Source: a virus. Taken from it: a stretch of 64,000 nucleotides of DNA. Below, piece after piece: positions 18,055-27,475 of the stretch (position 1 is its first letter; each line of letters starts with the position of its first letter). Below the pieces are notes generated by a model. It was not told the DNA's origin. It saw only the letters and a list, made by a program, of their open reading frames with translations, and did no database searches. The DNA lies in the UHGV virus genome UHGV-0253196, one strand, 5' to 3'. Position numbers and translations under genes: made by a program.

Positions 18055-19027
18055 GGACTTATTAGATTACATAAGTGTTGATAAAGTAGGGGTGTGGAAG
18101 GGTAGTAATATCCAGTTTTGTTGTCCTATACACGGTGAATCACACCCATCATGCGGAATCACTACGGAAGCTATAGACAGAGACACGGGCAGAACATTTC
18201 AAGCGTTTAACTGTCTTGCGTGTGGTGCACACGGTAACTTAGTTAAATTCCTGTGGAAAAGTATGCCAGACGATTTCAAGACATATTGGGACGCCGCTTA
18301 CTTTATGCAGGAGCGTTATAATCTGTTTTATGAGTTTGACCCGGACAGTGTTGAATCAGTTGCGCGCTATGATGAACAATACGAGGACAATGACGATTCA
18401 GAAAGAAGAATAATTAAGCCAAAGTATTTCATAGCACCATTTGAGAGCGGCAAGAAGACCTATAGATATTTCTTTGAGCGGGGATTTACAAAGTCCGAAA
18501 TGAAAGAATACATGATAGGTCTTGACCGTGAGAGTAAGACCATCACTATACCCGACTTTTGGGAAGACGGTCAGTTAGCGGGTGTTATTGGTCGTTATGT
18601 GTCACCACACAGAAGACACAATGAGCGGTATAAAATATACGACTATCCCAAGAATGATTTAATATACCCGCTGGACAAAATTAAGCCTGTCAACAACACC
18701 ATTATCATTATGGAATCCATGCTAGATACAATACGTGTTAGACGACTGGGTTATGAGAACGCCGGGTGCATTAAAGGTATGTTAATGTCTGCAAGACAAG
18801 CTAGATGGCTACGCGAGAATTGCGCGTGTGTCATAGACCTGTTTGATAATGATAGTGGTGGTATTAAAGCTCGGAAGATTGCAAAAGAACGTCTTTATGA
18901 TATAAACTATAAAACGTGTGTTTATCCAGAGTACGGGAAAGACCCGTGCGACTGGGAAGACGAGGATTTAATAGAAACTATTGAGAGTGCAAAAACTATG
19001 CACGTATTTAAAGTACCACGATTATAA
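18023..19027 (+). CDS. DNA primase (CHC2 zinc finger plus Toprim)
   Basis: CCPIHGESHPSCGI zinc finger and the DNDSGG Toprim motif. Confidence 0.75.
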   Translation: MSELLTKEQVEDLLDYISVDKVGVWKGSNIQFCCPIHGESHPSCGITTEAIDRDTGRTFQAFNCLACGAHGNLVKFLWKSMPDDFKTYWDAAYFMQERYNLFYEFDPDSVESVARYDEQYEDNDDSERRIIKPKYFIAPFESGKKTYRYFFERGFTKSEMKEYMIGLDRESKTITIPDFWEDGQLAGVIGRYVSPHRRHNERYKIYDYPKNDLIYPLDKIKPVNNTIIIMESMLDTIRVRRLGYENAGCIKGMLMSARQARWLRENCACVIDLFDNDSGGIKARKIAKERLYDINYKTCVYPEYGKDPCDWEDEDLIETIESAKTMHVFKVPRL

Positions 19028-19039
19028 GGAGGTAGTGTA

Positions 19040-19465
19040 ATGGCTGTATATGCATATGAGAAAGTAAAAACACCAAAAGAAAAAGCAGAGTTATATAAGT
19101 CACAACTTAGGTCATTCTACGGGTCTTTAGAAAATGCTGTAAACTATCGTGTGTGTTCATTGGACTATTCCGTCATAGACAAAGGTATAGTGGATTGTGT
19201 GAACACCTTCAATCAACATGGTCTGCACACCATATACTCATGTTCGGGACATAGTGAGACTGATAATGCCTTTGTGGTGTTTGCGACATATGTCACCCGC
19301 GAAAAGATAGAGCACGAGTTTGAGTTGTTAGGTATCAAGAAAGGTGTGTATGAGATAGAGAAGAAGTCCATGTTCCAAGGTGAAGTAACCACACTAAAGG
19401 TAACAATACCACCAGACAGTAAAGAGTATTTCTATATCTGTAGTTTTCCAAAACACCGGAAATAG
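19040..19465 (+). CDS. hypothetical protein
   Basis: RBS AAGGAGG. Confidence 0.5.
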   Translation: MAVYAYEKVKTPKEKAELYKSQLRSFYGSLENAVNYRVCSLDYSVIDKGIVDCVNTFNQHGLHTIYSCSGHSETDNAFVVFATYVTREKIEHEFELLGIKKGVYEIEKKSMFQGEVTTLKVTIPPDSKEYFYICSFPKHRK

Positions 19466-19474
19466 AAGGGATTG

Positions 19475-19503
19475 TTGCACTTTGTAAATTGCCATGATAT
19501 AAT
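19475..19503 (+). promoter_or_regulatory. sigma-A-type promoter TTGCAC-17-TATAAT
   Basis: Hexamers and spacer read directly from the sequence. It lies upstream of the SSB gene. Confidence 0.6.
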
Positions 19504-19547
19504 GCAATAGTCAATTCAAAACCATAAGATAAAAGGAGAGTGACACA

Positions 19548-20552
19548 ATGAGTAGAAAACTGTTTAACACGGGGTATACCGCTGTTAAAGAGGAAAAAGA
19601 ACGTCAAGAGAGAAACCGCGAGAAAGTAAAGGGTAAACTTTGGGACTTCTACCTGTCTGATGATGGTGACGAAGCACAAGTACGTTTCTTGACCGAGGAA
19701 CCTGTAAACTACTATGCACATTCTGTTCCAGAAAAAGGCGGCAGGTATCAAGAACACATATGCACCCAAGATGATGATTGTGAGTATTGCAACGAGGGTG
19801 ACAAACCGCAGTTCAAGAGTGCGTACCTTATCTGGGACAAGCGGGAGTATGAGACCACCAACGAAAAGGGTAAGAAAGTTAAGAAGTCCGGGTGCTTAAG
19901 ACTGTACACCCAGGGGACTAAAGTAACGTCACAGCTTGCCCGCATTTCATCAAAGAGTGGTATCACTGTGAAAGACCTTAATATTGTTCGTTCCGGGAAA
20001 GGGACACAAACGTCCTATATGTTTGAAAACGATTTTGAGCGGGAACCTTTAACTGCTGATGAAGTTCGTGAAATGCTGGCAGTGTTGCCAGAAGAACAGC
20101 AAGCTATGTATAAGGGTGACGTTAAGAAGGGTAACAAGTCCTTGCTTAATGTAGTCATGGCACAGCTTGAAATGCGTATGGACGATTACGAAGAAGACAA
20201 GAACACCAATTATGATGAAGACGAGGATTATGACGAATCAGACGGTGATGAAGACGAGGAAGAAACACCCAGAAGGTATTCAAAGTCCAGCACAAAAAAG
20301 ACTTCTAATAAACGTACATCATCAAACAAACGTAAGCGTTACGAAGACGAGGACGAAGAAGATGAAGACGACTATGAGGAAGATTATGACGAAGATGAAG
20401 ACGAGGACGATTACTACATTCCAGATGATGAAGACGAGGAAGACGATTTTCCAATGAACAGTCCCCGGTCTTCCAGAAAGTCCGCACCAGCAAAGAGAAC
20501 ACCCGCACCCAAGAGTAACAAGGGACGTTCAAAGGGTCTGTTCAGAAAGTAA
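19548..20552 (+). CDS. ssDNA-binding protein, T4 gp32-like, with a zinc site and a very acidic C-terminal tail
   Basis: HICTQDDDCEYC forms an H-C-C-C zinc site like gp32. The long DEDED-rich C-terminus is as in gp32. It sits in the replication module. Confidence 0.5.
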   Translation: MSRKLFNTGYTAVKEEKERQERNREKVKGKLWDFYLSDDGDEAQVRFLTEEPVNYYAHSVPEKGGRYQEHICTQDDDCEYCNEGDKPQFKSAYLIWDKREYETTNEKGKKVKKSGCLRLYTQGTKVTSQLARISSKSGITVKDLNIVRSGKGTQTSYMFENDFEREPLTADEVREMLAVLPEEQQAMYKGDVKKGNKSLLNVVMAQLEMRMDDYEEDKNTNYDEDEDYDESDGDEDEEETPRRYSKSSTKKTSNKRTSSNKRKRYEDEDEEDEDDYEEDYDEDEDEDDYYIPDDEDEEDDFPMNSPRSSRKSAPAKRTPAPKSNKGRSKGLFRK

Positions 20553-20604
20553 AACTACACACTGTATAGTGTAGAAATAAAACACACATAAGGAGAAAAA
20601 AGAC

Positions 20605-20883
20605 ATGAGTAAATTAGGAATCAAGGAAGTAGCTGAGAGAGTTGCAGAGAAGACCGGGAAAAGTGTGAAACTGTCCAAAGACGTTATCAATGCCACACTT
20701 GAAACAATCCAGGAGGAACTTGCCGAGGGCAATGACGTTGCGTTTGTGGGCTATGTGTCCTTTAACGTTGAAGAAGTTGCCGCACGTTCCGGCAGTTGTG
20801 CAGGACGGAAATGGTCTAAACCCGCACACTCTGTAGTGAAAGCAAAGCTGGGAGCAAAACTGAAAAACGCTGTAGAGGAATAA
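20605..20883 (+). CDS. HU/IHF-family histone-like DNA-binding protein
   Basis: Full-length HU signature: KEVAERVAEKTG...NDVAFVGYVSFNVEEVAARSG...KPAHSVVKAKLGAKLKNAV. Confidence 0.8.
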   Translation: MSKLGIKEVAERVAEKTGKSVKLSKDVINATLETIQEELAEGNDVAFVGYVSFNVEEVAARSGSCAGRKWSKPAHSVVKAKLGAKLKNAVEE

Positions 20884-20894
20884 GTCTTTCGTGT

Positions 20895-20923
20895 TTGACT
20901 GATTGTAGGTGTTATGCTATGAT
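20895..20923 (+). promoter_or_regulatory. sigma-A-type promoter TTGACT-17-TATGAT upstream of the DNA polymerase, overlapping the HU terminator hairpin
   Basis: Read directly from the sequence. Confidence 0.55.
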
Positions 20924-20969
20924 AACAACGTAGTGTAGCACCTATTTTTATTGTAGAGAAGGTGAGAGA

Positions 20970-23168
20970 ATGAAAGACGAAAGACTTAGAATGATGAAGC
21001 CCGTGGTCTACAATTCGTTATTCTCCAAGTGGTATCCTGTAAGACCGCGAATAGAAAAATACACCATTGTAGACACCATTCCAAAACTTAGGAAGTTGGC
21101 GAAAAAAGCAAAGAAACAGACTGAATTTTCTTTTGATACAGAGACCAACGGGTTAAGAGCATACGGGCCAGACAAGAATTTCAGATGTGTGTGTATCACA
21201 ATGAGCTGGGGGCCTAGAAATAACTATTATATCCCGCTTGCACACTTGCGTGACGAGGACATAGATAGAAACCTTGATTTAAGTGTTGCACGTCCTTTGT
21301 TAAATAAGATACTGGGCCGCAAAGACGTAAGATTGATAGGACATAACATAAAATTTGATATGCACGTATTAGCGCGTATTGGCGTTTATGTAAAGACAAG
21401 AGACTTATTCGACACAATGGTAGGTGTTTGGCTATGTGATGAAAACACACCTAACGGTTTGAAAGAATCTTCAAAGATTAAGATGGATATAGACCAGACC
21501 CATTTTGCAGACGCAGTGGCTACAGTTCCAAAAGAAGTTAAAAAGCGTTTTGGTCTTAAGCCTAACAGTAAAGCCACGTATGACCTTGTGCTGATAGACG
21601 AAGGTGCACCATACGCGTTAGATGATAGTTACTTTACCTGGGAACTGTACTTAGGTTTGTTAGAAGAACTTGAACATGAAGAAATGGATAAGATTTTCTA
21701 CAAACACTATATGCCGTTCATATGGACACTGTATCATATGGAAGAACGAGGTATCACCGTTGATGTAGACAAGCTTAGACACATGGGTGTTGATATGGAC
21801 AAAGACCTTGAAGACCTCATGTATCAGATGGTAGAGATTGCAGGTATACAGTTTAATCCGTCTTCACAGCAGTTAGGTGAATTATTGTTTGGTTATGTTA
21901 AAGAAGACAAGCTGAACGAAAAGACAGGTAAGATAACCAAAGCAAACCCAAACTGGGACATTATCAAGCGTTCCTTTAAGTTCCGTATCATAAGCACCAC
22001 ACCAAAAGGTGCACCACAAGTTAATAATGACGTGTTGTGGAAATTATCGCGCTTAGAATATAAAAAGAATAAGCGCAAACAGCAAGGTGTAGAATTTGTA
22101 AAGCTGTTAATGTCCTACAACAAAATCAAAAAGTTAAAGAGTGCTTTTGTTGACGGTCTGTTAGACCAGATATATGATGATGGGAAAGCACACCCTTCCT
22201 ATAACATCATAGGGACAGACACGGGACGTTTAAGCTGTACAAGCCCTAACCTACAGCAGTTGCCGAAAGCAGAGGAAGAAGACCAGTACCAGATTAGAAG
22301 TGTGTTTATCGGTAGCTTAGATAAGTTCACGGGTAAACGTAAAAAGTTAATCGCGTGTGATTATGCTAACCTGGAAATGCGTGTTCTTGCACACTTCTCA
22401 AAAGACAAGAATTTGATAGATATGTTCTTGTCCGGGGCAGATACACATGGTGCCACTGCTGTTAATATGTTCAATCTTGACTGTGAACCGAATGAGGTAA
22501 AGAAGAAGTATCACCATTTGAGACAAGCCGCGAAAACCATTAACTTTATGTTGATGTATGGCGGCGGTAGATTCAGACTATATACTGCACTTAAGGACGA
22601 CCAATCTTCACCTATTGATTTAGGTAGTGAGGAATACACCACACTGTATGCTAAACAGATAGCAGAGTTCAAGCGCAATTTCCGGGGACGTAAAGTACCT
22701 AGTGACGGGGAGATAGTAGCACAGATTTACATTGACCGTTACTTTGATTCATACAAGGGTGTTGCTGAGTTCATTAAAAGAGAAAAACGCTATGCACATA
22801 GACATGGGTATGTGTACACCTTAAAACGCCGTAAAAGACGTATCCCAGACATTAACAGTGATAACTTTGGTACTGTAGGGTATTGTGAACGTGTTAGTGT
22901 TAATGCACCTATCCAAGGTAGCGCGGCAGACATAACGTCCAGTGCACAGAACCGTGTTGACCTTGACGAGTTTTTTGTAGAACACGGTGCACTGTTATTA
23001 CTCCAAGTGCATGATGAACTTGTCATGGAATGTCCAGAAGAACACGTAGAGGTAGTCACTAAACGTCTGCAAGAGTTAATGGCACACCCATTCGGTGATA
23101 ACATTGAACTGAACCTACCACTTAGAGCAGACGCAGATTCAGGGGATTCCTACCAGGATGCCAAGTAA
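20970..23168 (+). CDS. family-A (Pol I-type) DNA polymerase with a 3'-5' exonuclease domain
   Basis: Exo I FSFDTETNGL. Motif A DYANLEMRVLAH. Motif B RQAAKTINFMLMYG. Motif C QVHDELVMEC. Confidence 0.85.
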   Translation: MKDERLRMMKPVVYNSLFSKWYPVRPRIEKYTIVDTIPKLRKLAKKAKKQTEFSFDTETNGLRAYGPDKNFRCVCITMSWGPRNNYYIPLAHLRDEDIDRNLDLSVARPLLNKILGRKDVRLIGHNIKFDMHVLARIGVYVKTRDLFDTMVGVWLCDENTPNGLKESSKIKMDIDQTHFADAVATVPKEVKKRFGLKPNSKATYDLVLIDEGAPYALDDSYFTWELYLGLLEELEHEEMDKIFYKHYMPFIWTLYHMEERGITVDVDKLRHMGVDMDKDLEDLMYQMVEIAGIQFNPSSQQLGELLFGYVKEDKLNEKTGKITKANPNWDIIKRSFKFRIISTTPKGAPQVNNDVLWKLSRLEYKKNKRKQQGVEFVKLLMSYNKIKKLKSAFVDGLLDQIYDDGKAHPSYNIIGTDTGRLSCTSPNLQQLPKAEEEDQYQIRSVFIGSLDKFTGKRKKLIACDYANLEMRVLAHFSKDKNLIDMFLSGADTHGATAVNMFNLDCEPNEVKKKYHHLRQAAKTINFMLMYGGGRFRLYTALKDDQSSPIDLGSEEYTTLYAKQIAEFKRNFRGRKVPSDGEIVAQIYIDRYFDSYKGVAEFIKREKRYAHRHGYVYTLKRRKRRIPDINSDNFGTVGYCERVSVNAPIQGSAADITSSAQNRVDLDEFFVEHGALLLLQVHDELVMECPEEHVEVVTKRLQELMAHPFGDNIELNLPLRADADSGDSYQDAK

Positions 23169-23207
23169 AATCTGACAGTTATCAAGACGCAAAGTAAGAG
23201 GTGTTAT

Positions 23208-23381
23208 ATGAAAGACCAAAAATGGGTTGACCTGTGTGGTAATTGTGCTAATATTAATATGTGTGAATCTTATTGTTATGGTTCCATGTACAGAAGGAGC
23301 ACGGTTAAGTATTTGCGCTTTAAGTTTAGTGTTTGGTTACAACACCAGATTGACAAGGTGTTTGCAATAAGGTAATTTGAC
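23208..23381 (+). CDS. small Cys-rich protein (57 aa), not in the track
   Basis: RBS AAGAGGTG. CGNC...CESYC cysteine pattern. Confidence 0.25.
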
Positions 23382-23405
23382 AAGTTTCTTTGTTGATGTT
23401 ATATT
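23377..23405 (+). promoter_or_regulatory. sigma-A-type promoter TTGACA-17-TATATT
   Basis: Read directly from the sequence. Confidence 0.55.
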
Positions 23406-23463
23406 TCACCTATCAGCAAATAAGCTGTCACAAAATACAAAAGTAGAAAAGGAGATTGAAAAC

Positions 23464-23892
23464 ATGGCAACAACGACAAGTAAGTTATCAGGAAACGCAG
23501 TAAAGAAGAATGTAGGTGCACAGGCACCGAAAGCAACACCAGCACCCGCACCACAGGCGACACCCGCACCCGTCCAGGATAAGACTTCCAGTGTTGACCC
23601 TAAAGGTGTATCAAAGTTCCTTGAAAGTGTTCGCACGAATAATGTAGAGGACATTGTGTGGGCGATTGTGACCGCCGGGGAATTTGACACCCTCACCAAT
23701 GAAGCTATTGAGGAAGCTGTACAGAACGTAAGTAATGCTTTAGGTGTTGTCGATATGGAACACCGTACAGAGATTGACAACCTTTCTAAAGAACTGGACG
23801 CTATGCGTGAGCAGTTAGAAGGTGCACTTGCAGAACGTGACAAAGCAAATGACCGTGTAAAAATGCTGTGCGGTATTATTGCTGATATGTAA
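23464..23892 (+). CDS. hypothetical protein with a PAPAPQATPAP linker
   Basis: RBS AAGGAGATTG precedes ATG 23464. Confidence 0.5.
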   Translation: MATTTSKLSGNAVKKNVGAQAPKATPAPAPQATPAPVQDKTSSVDPKGVSKFLESVRTNNVEDIVWAIVTAGEFDTLTNEAIEEAVQNVSNALGVVDMEHRTEIDNLSKELDAMREQLEGALAERDKANDRVKMLCGIIADM

Positions 23893-24004
23893 GACGTATT
23901 ACAATTTACATGAAGTAGGGTATTGACCTCCTAGTGTGTTTATGCTAATATGTACGTGTGATTAACACACTCGTACAACGCTAAACATATTAGGAGGTTT
24001 TCAT

Positions 24005-24724
24005 ATGAAAGACAAGAAAGAGAAGTCGATGTTTAGTGACGAGAGGACAAAGTTTATTTATTTCGACTTTGTTATAATTAGTGCGATACTTGCTTTTATC
24101 AGTATACGAGGTGAGTATGTACACGCTGTATTGTGGGCCGTTGTTGAATTGATTGTGACCCCGTTCATTGTGAGAAAAGGTGTTCGTTTACAGCTTATGT
24201 TGTTCACCATAATAGCGTTTTTCGCTCTCACAGTAGCGGGCGTGTCAGTCAACAAAATGTTTAAGACAGCCCAAGCTAGTTCAAGTGCTGTAATATCTGA
24301 GAGTGTAGCGGCAGAAATGTCCTCCATGAACGCCGAACTTGAAAGACTAAAGAAAGAGTCCGAAAAGCAGAGCGAGCGCGAGAGCGTCCGAGAATCATTA
24401 GACGCATATTATACCGCCGAATACCCCGGAGAAACGCCTACAGACACCGTAGAAGACGCTACAGATACCACAGCGAACCAGCAAACAGAAACACCAGAAA
24501 CAACCACAAAAGAGTTTGATGGCAAGATACCTACAAGCAGAATGATTTACACAGGTTCCGACTTGTTCTGGACAGCCACAAACGACTACTACGGTCACGT
24601 ACTTAAAACAACATTGAATGAAATAACCATTGAGTTAGCAAACGGTGATGTTGTAGTACAGCCTAGAAAGTCAATCATGCAAGCTGATTTATATGGGTAT
24701 AACCCAAACAATGTAGACCAGTAA
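24005..24724 (+). CDS. membrane protein (three N-terminal transmembrane segments) with an acidic linker
   Basis: RBS AGGAGG. Hydrophobic N-terminal segments. Confidence 0.5.
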   Translation: MKDKKEKSMFSDERTKFIYFDFVIISAILAFISIRGEYVHAVLWAVVELIVTPFIVRKGVRLQLMLFTIIAFFALTVAGVSVNKMFKTAQASSSAVISESVAAEMSSMNAELERLKKESEKQSERESVRESLDAYYTAEYPGETPTDTVEDATDTTANQQTETPETTTKEFDGKIPTSRMIYTGSDLFWTATNDYYGHVLKTTLNEITIELANGDVVVQPRKSIMQADLYGYNPNNVDQ

Positions 24725-24766
24725 GCACACAAAAGAAATAAGCGTTGTATAGGTGTTAATCACATT

Positions 24767-24794
24767 GGGCGGGACTTAATTGTCCCGTCTTTTT
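24767..24794 (+). terminator. rho-independent terminator (GGGCGGGAC..GTCCCGTC followed by TTTTT)
   Basis: Read directly from the sequence. Confidence 0.55.
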
Positions 24795-24802
24795 ACGTGA
24801 AA

Positions 24803-24831
24803 TTGACTTATATTTTGAAAAATGTTATGAT
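24803..24831 (+). promoter_or_regulatory. sigma-A-type promoter TTGACT-17-TATGAT
   Basis: Read directly from the sequence. Confidence 0.5.
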
Positions 24832-24870
24832 TGTATTACTAAATTACAATACATAAGGAGGAAGTGTTAA

Positions 24871-25062
24871 ATGGCTAATGAAAGATACACCATCCTGGTA
24901 GAACCATGTCTTACAGACCGGGCCGCACAGACCTACAAGAAAAGATATAACACACTGTCTGAGTTCTACACCACAGCGATTTTAAATCAGCTTGAAAATG
25001 ATGGGGACTTTGATATTCGTGATGAATACCAGGAGGTGTTAGAACGTGCCGAAGAAAATTAG
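24871..25062 (+). CDS. hypothetical small acidic protein
   Basis: RBS AAGGAGGAAG. Confidence 0.4.
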   Translation: MANERYTILVEPCLTDRAAQTYKKRYNTLSEFYTTAILNQLENDGDFDIRDEYQEVLERAEEN

Positions 25063-26185
25063 TTTAAAGACAAAAGGTAGTGTTGGTGTTTCCAGAAACC
25101 AGCAGACAGAAAAGAGTACACCAAAACCACAGAACAAAGCAATAACCCCGGCTCAAAAGAAGTTGTTAGACGAACTGTCAAAGAAGTTCGGAGAGAATGT
25201 AGTATTATTAGGTGTTCCAGAAAAGCGCATAGTGATACAGAGAATAAGAACAGGGTCATTATCACTTGACATAGACTTAGGTGGTGGTATACCTTGCGGT
25301 AGATATACAGAGATTGCAGGGCCGTTGTCTTCTACTAAAACTACAACGTCCTTGCATATTTTGCGCAACGCGCAGAGAATGGGTAAAGTGTGTGTTTTAG
25401 TAGACGCAGAGGGAACTACAGACCCAGAGTATTTAGAGCGTTTAGGTATTAACCCTAATATGCTTTACTATTCCCGTCCAGACAGTTTAGAGGAAGCGGC
25501 ACAGTTGTTGTTAGACCTACAAAAAAGTGGTCTTGTACAAGTTGGTCTTTTAGACAGTATCGCCGCTTTAGGTGCCAACAAAGAGAATGAGAGTGAAATG
25601 CAAGACACCACCCAATTAGGTGTTACACAGAAGTTGTGGGGAGAGTTTTTCCGTAAATACCAGATGAACAACAATCGTTTAGAACGAATGGGTAATGAAG
25701 CGTTCACCTTAATCGGTCTTAACCAGTTGCGTGAGAAGATAGGTGTTATGCACGGAGACCCGGAATACAGTCCAGGAGGACGTGCAAAAGGTTTTACTGC
25801 AAGTGTTGAACTTAGATTCCGCACAGGTGATTGGATTTATGAAGGTAAGGGACAAGACAAGAAACCAGTAGGTCAAGTAGTCAAGTATAAGATAACCAAG
25901 AACAAGACCTACGCGAGAATGAGAAGTGGGGAGTTTGACTTTTACTTTGAAGAAAATGAAGCGGGTGTTCCTAAAAGTTATGTTGATAACCAGAAAGAAA
26001 TAGTTGTGTTAGGATACAAGTATAACGTCATTGAAAGAAGTGGCGGGTGGTTCAAATATAACGGTGAGAAGTACCAGGGACTTGATTCTATTATTTCCGC
26101 GCTGAAAGAGCAACCACACCTGTTAGAAGAAATCAGGGAGAAGATTTACAAAGTTGCTATTGTAGGTAACCATTATGAAGCATGA
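25046..26185 (+). CDS. RecA/UvsX-family recombinase
   Basis: RecA-fold core (GGGIPCGRYTEIAGPLSSTKTT...VCVLVDAEG) and RecA-like length. RBS AGGAGGTG precedes GTG. Confidence 0.6.
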   Translation: MPKKISLKTKGSVGVSRNQQTEKSTPKPQNKAITPAQKKLLDELSKKFGENVVLLGVPEKRIVIQRIRTGSLSLDIDLGGGIPCGRYTEIAGPLSSTKTTTSLHILRNAQRMGKVCVLVDAEGTTDPEYLERLGINPNMLYYSRPDSLEEAAQLLLDLQKSGLVQVGLLDSIAALGANKENESEMQDTTQLGVTQKLWGEFFRKYQMNNNRLERMGNEAFTLIGLNQLREKIGVMHGDPEYSPGGRAKGFTASVELRFRTGDWIYEGKGQDKKPVGQVVKYKITKNKTYARMRSGEFDFYFEENEAGVPKSYVDNQKEIVVLGYKYNVIERSGGWFKYNGEKYQGLDSIISALKEQPHLLEEIREKIYKVAIVGNHYEA

Positions 26186-26420
26186 GTTTAATATAGGTTA
26201 TGACGCAATAATAGACCGTCTGGAAAAGAGTAGTCAGTATTTAATGTCGTGTTATAATTGTAGATACTTTCAGAAGTGTAAAGGTGATACTGAGGAAGTA
26301 TGTCAGAATGAAGACGTGCTAGAGTATGACATGATGATGAACGGTAACAACATTTGTTGTCTTAGGTGGAAACCACCAGAAAGAGCAAACAAGAAACGTT
26401 ACAAGCTGTTAGGAAGGTAG
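26175..26420 (+). CDS. Cys-rich small protein
   Basis: CYNCRYFQKCKGDTEEVCQ...CCLRW cysteine pattern. Confidence 0.4.
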   Translation: MKHEFNIGYDAIIDRLEKSSQYLMSCYNCRYFQKCKGDTEEVCQNEDVLEYDMMMNGNNICCLRWKPPERANKKRYKLLGR

Positions 26421-26422
26421 TT

Positions 26423-26614
26423 ATGAAATACGTAAAGGTAGAAAAGACCTGTGCTGTATGCAAGTGTGTTAGATGTGAGCACAACAGTCTTATAAACAGG
26501 GACTGTTTTAATTGCATTAAGTGTTACGGGTTTGCCAATTATGTTGATAAACATGGTGAGGGGTGTACCTATGATAAGAACAAAGAAAGAACGTTCAAAG
26601 AGACAGGAGAGTAG
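26423..26614 (+). CDS. Cys-rich small protein (8 Cys)
   Basis: CAVCKCVRCEH...CFNCIKCYG cysteine pattern. ATG 26423 follows RBS GGAAGG. Confidence 0.35.
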   Translation: MKYVKVEKTCAVCKCVRCEHNSLINRDCFNCIKCYGFANYVDKHGEGCTYDKNKERTFKETGE

Positions 26615-27092
26615 AGTTGCAAGAGAAGTAAACGGGCGTGTTACACTTGCCAGCGGCGCATTGTGGATGGCAAAAGGTGATGTGCGCAGTAGTGATTACT
26701 TAGTAGAGTGTAAGACCACAGAAAAGAAAGTATACCCGTTAAGTATTAAGACGTGGTTAAAGATAACAGATGAAGCTACAAGTGATGGGTTCCGTATTCC
26801 TGTTATGTGTATTGACCTTGAAGACGGGGTGCACAAGAAAGCAGTGTTTAAGTGTTCAGACTTCTTTGAGGACAAACCGCGTAGGGTAGTAAGAAGTTCT
26901 GGTCTATTCTACGAGGAAGATGATACCATAGAATCAGAACGTTATTTGACCGCAAAACAAGTACCTGTCACTGAAAAGGATAAGGTGTTTTATGTGTCCG
27001 GGAAAATAGAACACGTTACCATGTCTTTTGAATTATGTGTTGTAGACTGGGACGTGTTTGTAAGACGAGTTATAGAGAAGGAGGTATCATAA
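26571..27092 (+). CDS. PD-(D/E)xK nuclease, Holliday-junction-resolvase-like (RecU/Hjc type)
   Basis: E..(D)..ECK arrangement: ESRVAREVNG...AKGDVRSSDYLVECK. It is a paralogue of 29319..29795. Confidence 0.5.
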   Translation: MIRTKKERSKRQESRVAREVNGRVTLASGALWMAKGDVRSSDYLVECKTTEKKVYPLSIKTWLKITDEATSDGFRIPVMCIDLEDGVHKKAVFKCSDFFEDKPRRVVRSSGLFYEEDDTIESERYLTAKQVPVTEKDKVFYVSGKIEHVTMSFELCVVDWDVFVRRVIEKEVS

Positions 27093-27472
27093 TGAATGTT
27101 AAGCACTTGAACATTGCGGTCGTGTGTAATGGGCGCAGAGAGTTAAACGCCGCTATGTTTGATATAATAGAGGCTGAAAATTCAAAAGGTGCTATCGTCC
27201 AGAAATATATTAAAGGACAGGAATTGCGTGTTATGTACCCAGAACTTATAGTCATCTTTAAAGCAATACTCGTAGGTGATTACAGAAACGCACACGGTAT
27301 GCGTTATGATGGTGTATTGTACGAGACAGGCAGTTTCTACGCCAGAGAGTTTGCATTAGAGGTGGTGGAGTGTTGCACACTGAAAAGCAAGATAGCAGAG
27401 GCGTTTCATTTAATGGAAATATCACAGTATTTGAGAAGTAAACACATTTACAGGTGTGTAAAAGGAGACTAG
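27092..27472 (+). CDS. hypothetical protein
   Basis: RBS AAGGAGG precedes ATG 27092. Confidence 0.45.
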   Translation: MNVKHLNIAVVCNGRRELNAAMFDIIEAENSKGAIVQKYIKGQELRVMYPELIVIFKAILVGDYRNAHGMRYDGVLYETGSFYAREFALEVVECCTLKSKIAEAFHLMEISQYLRSKHIYRCVKGD

Positions 27473-27475
27473 CAG

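Noticed and set aside
20167-20457. 96-aa ORF in an alternate frame of the SSB acidic tail
   Set aside because: A repetitive GA-rich sequence produces open alternate frames. It lies within a well-supported gene.
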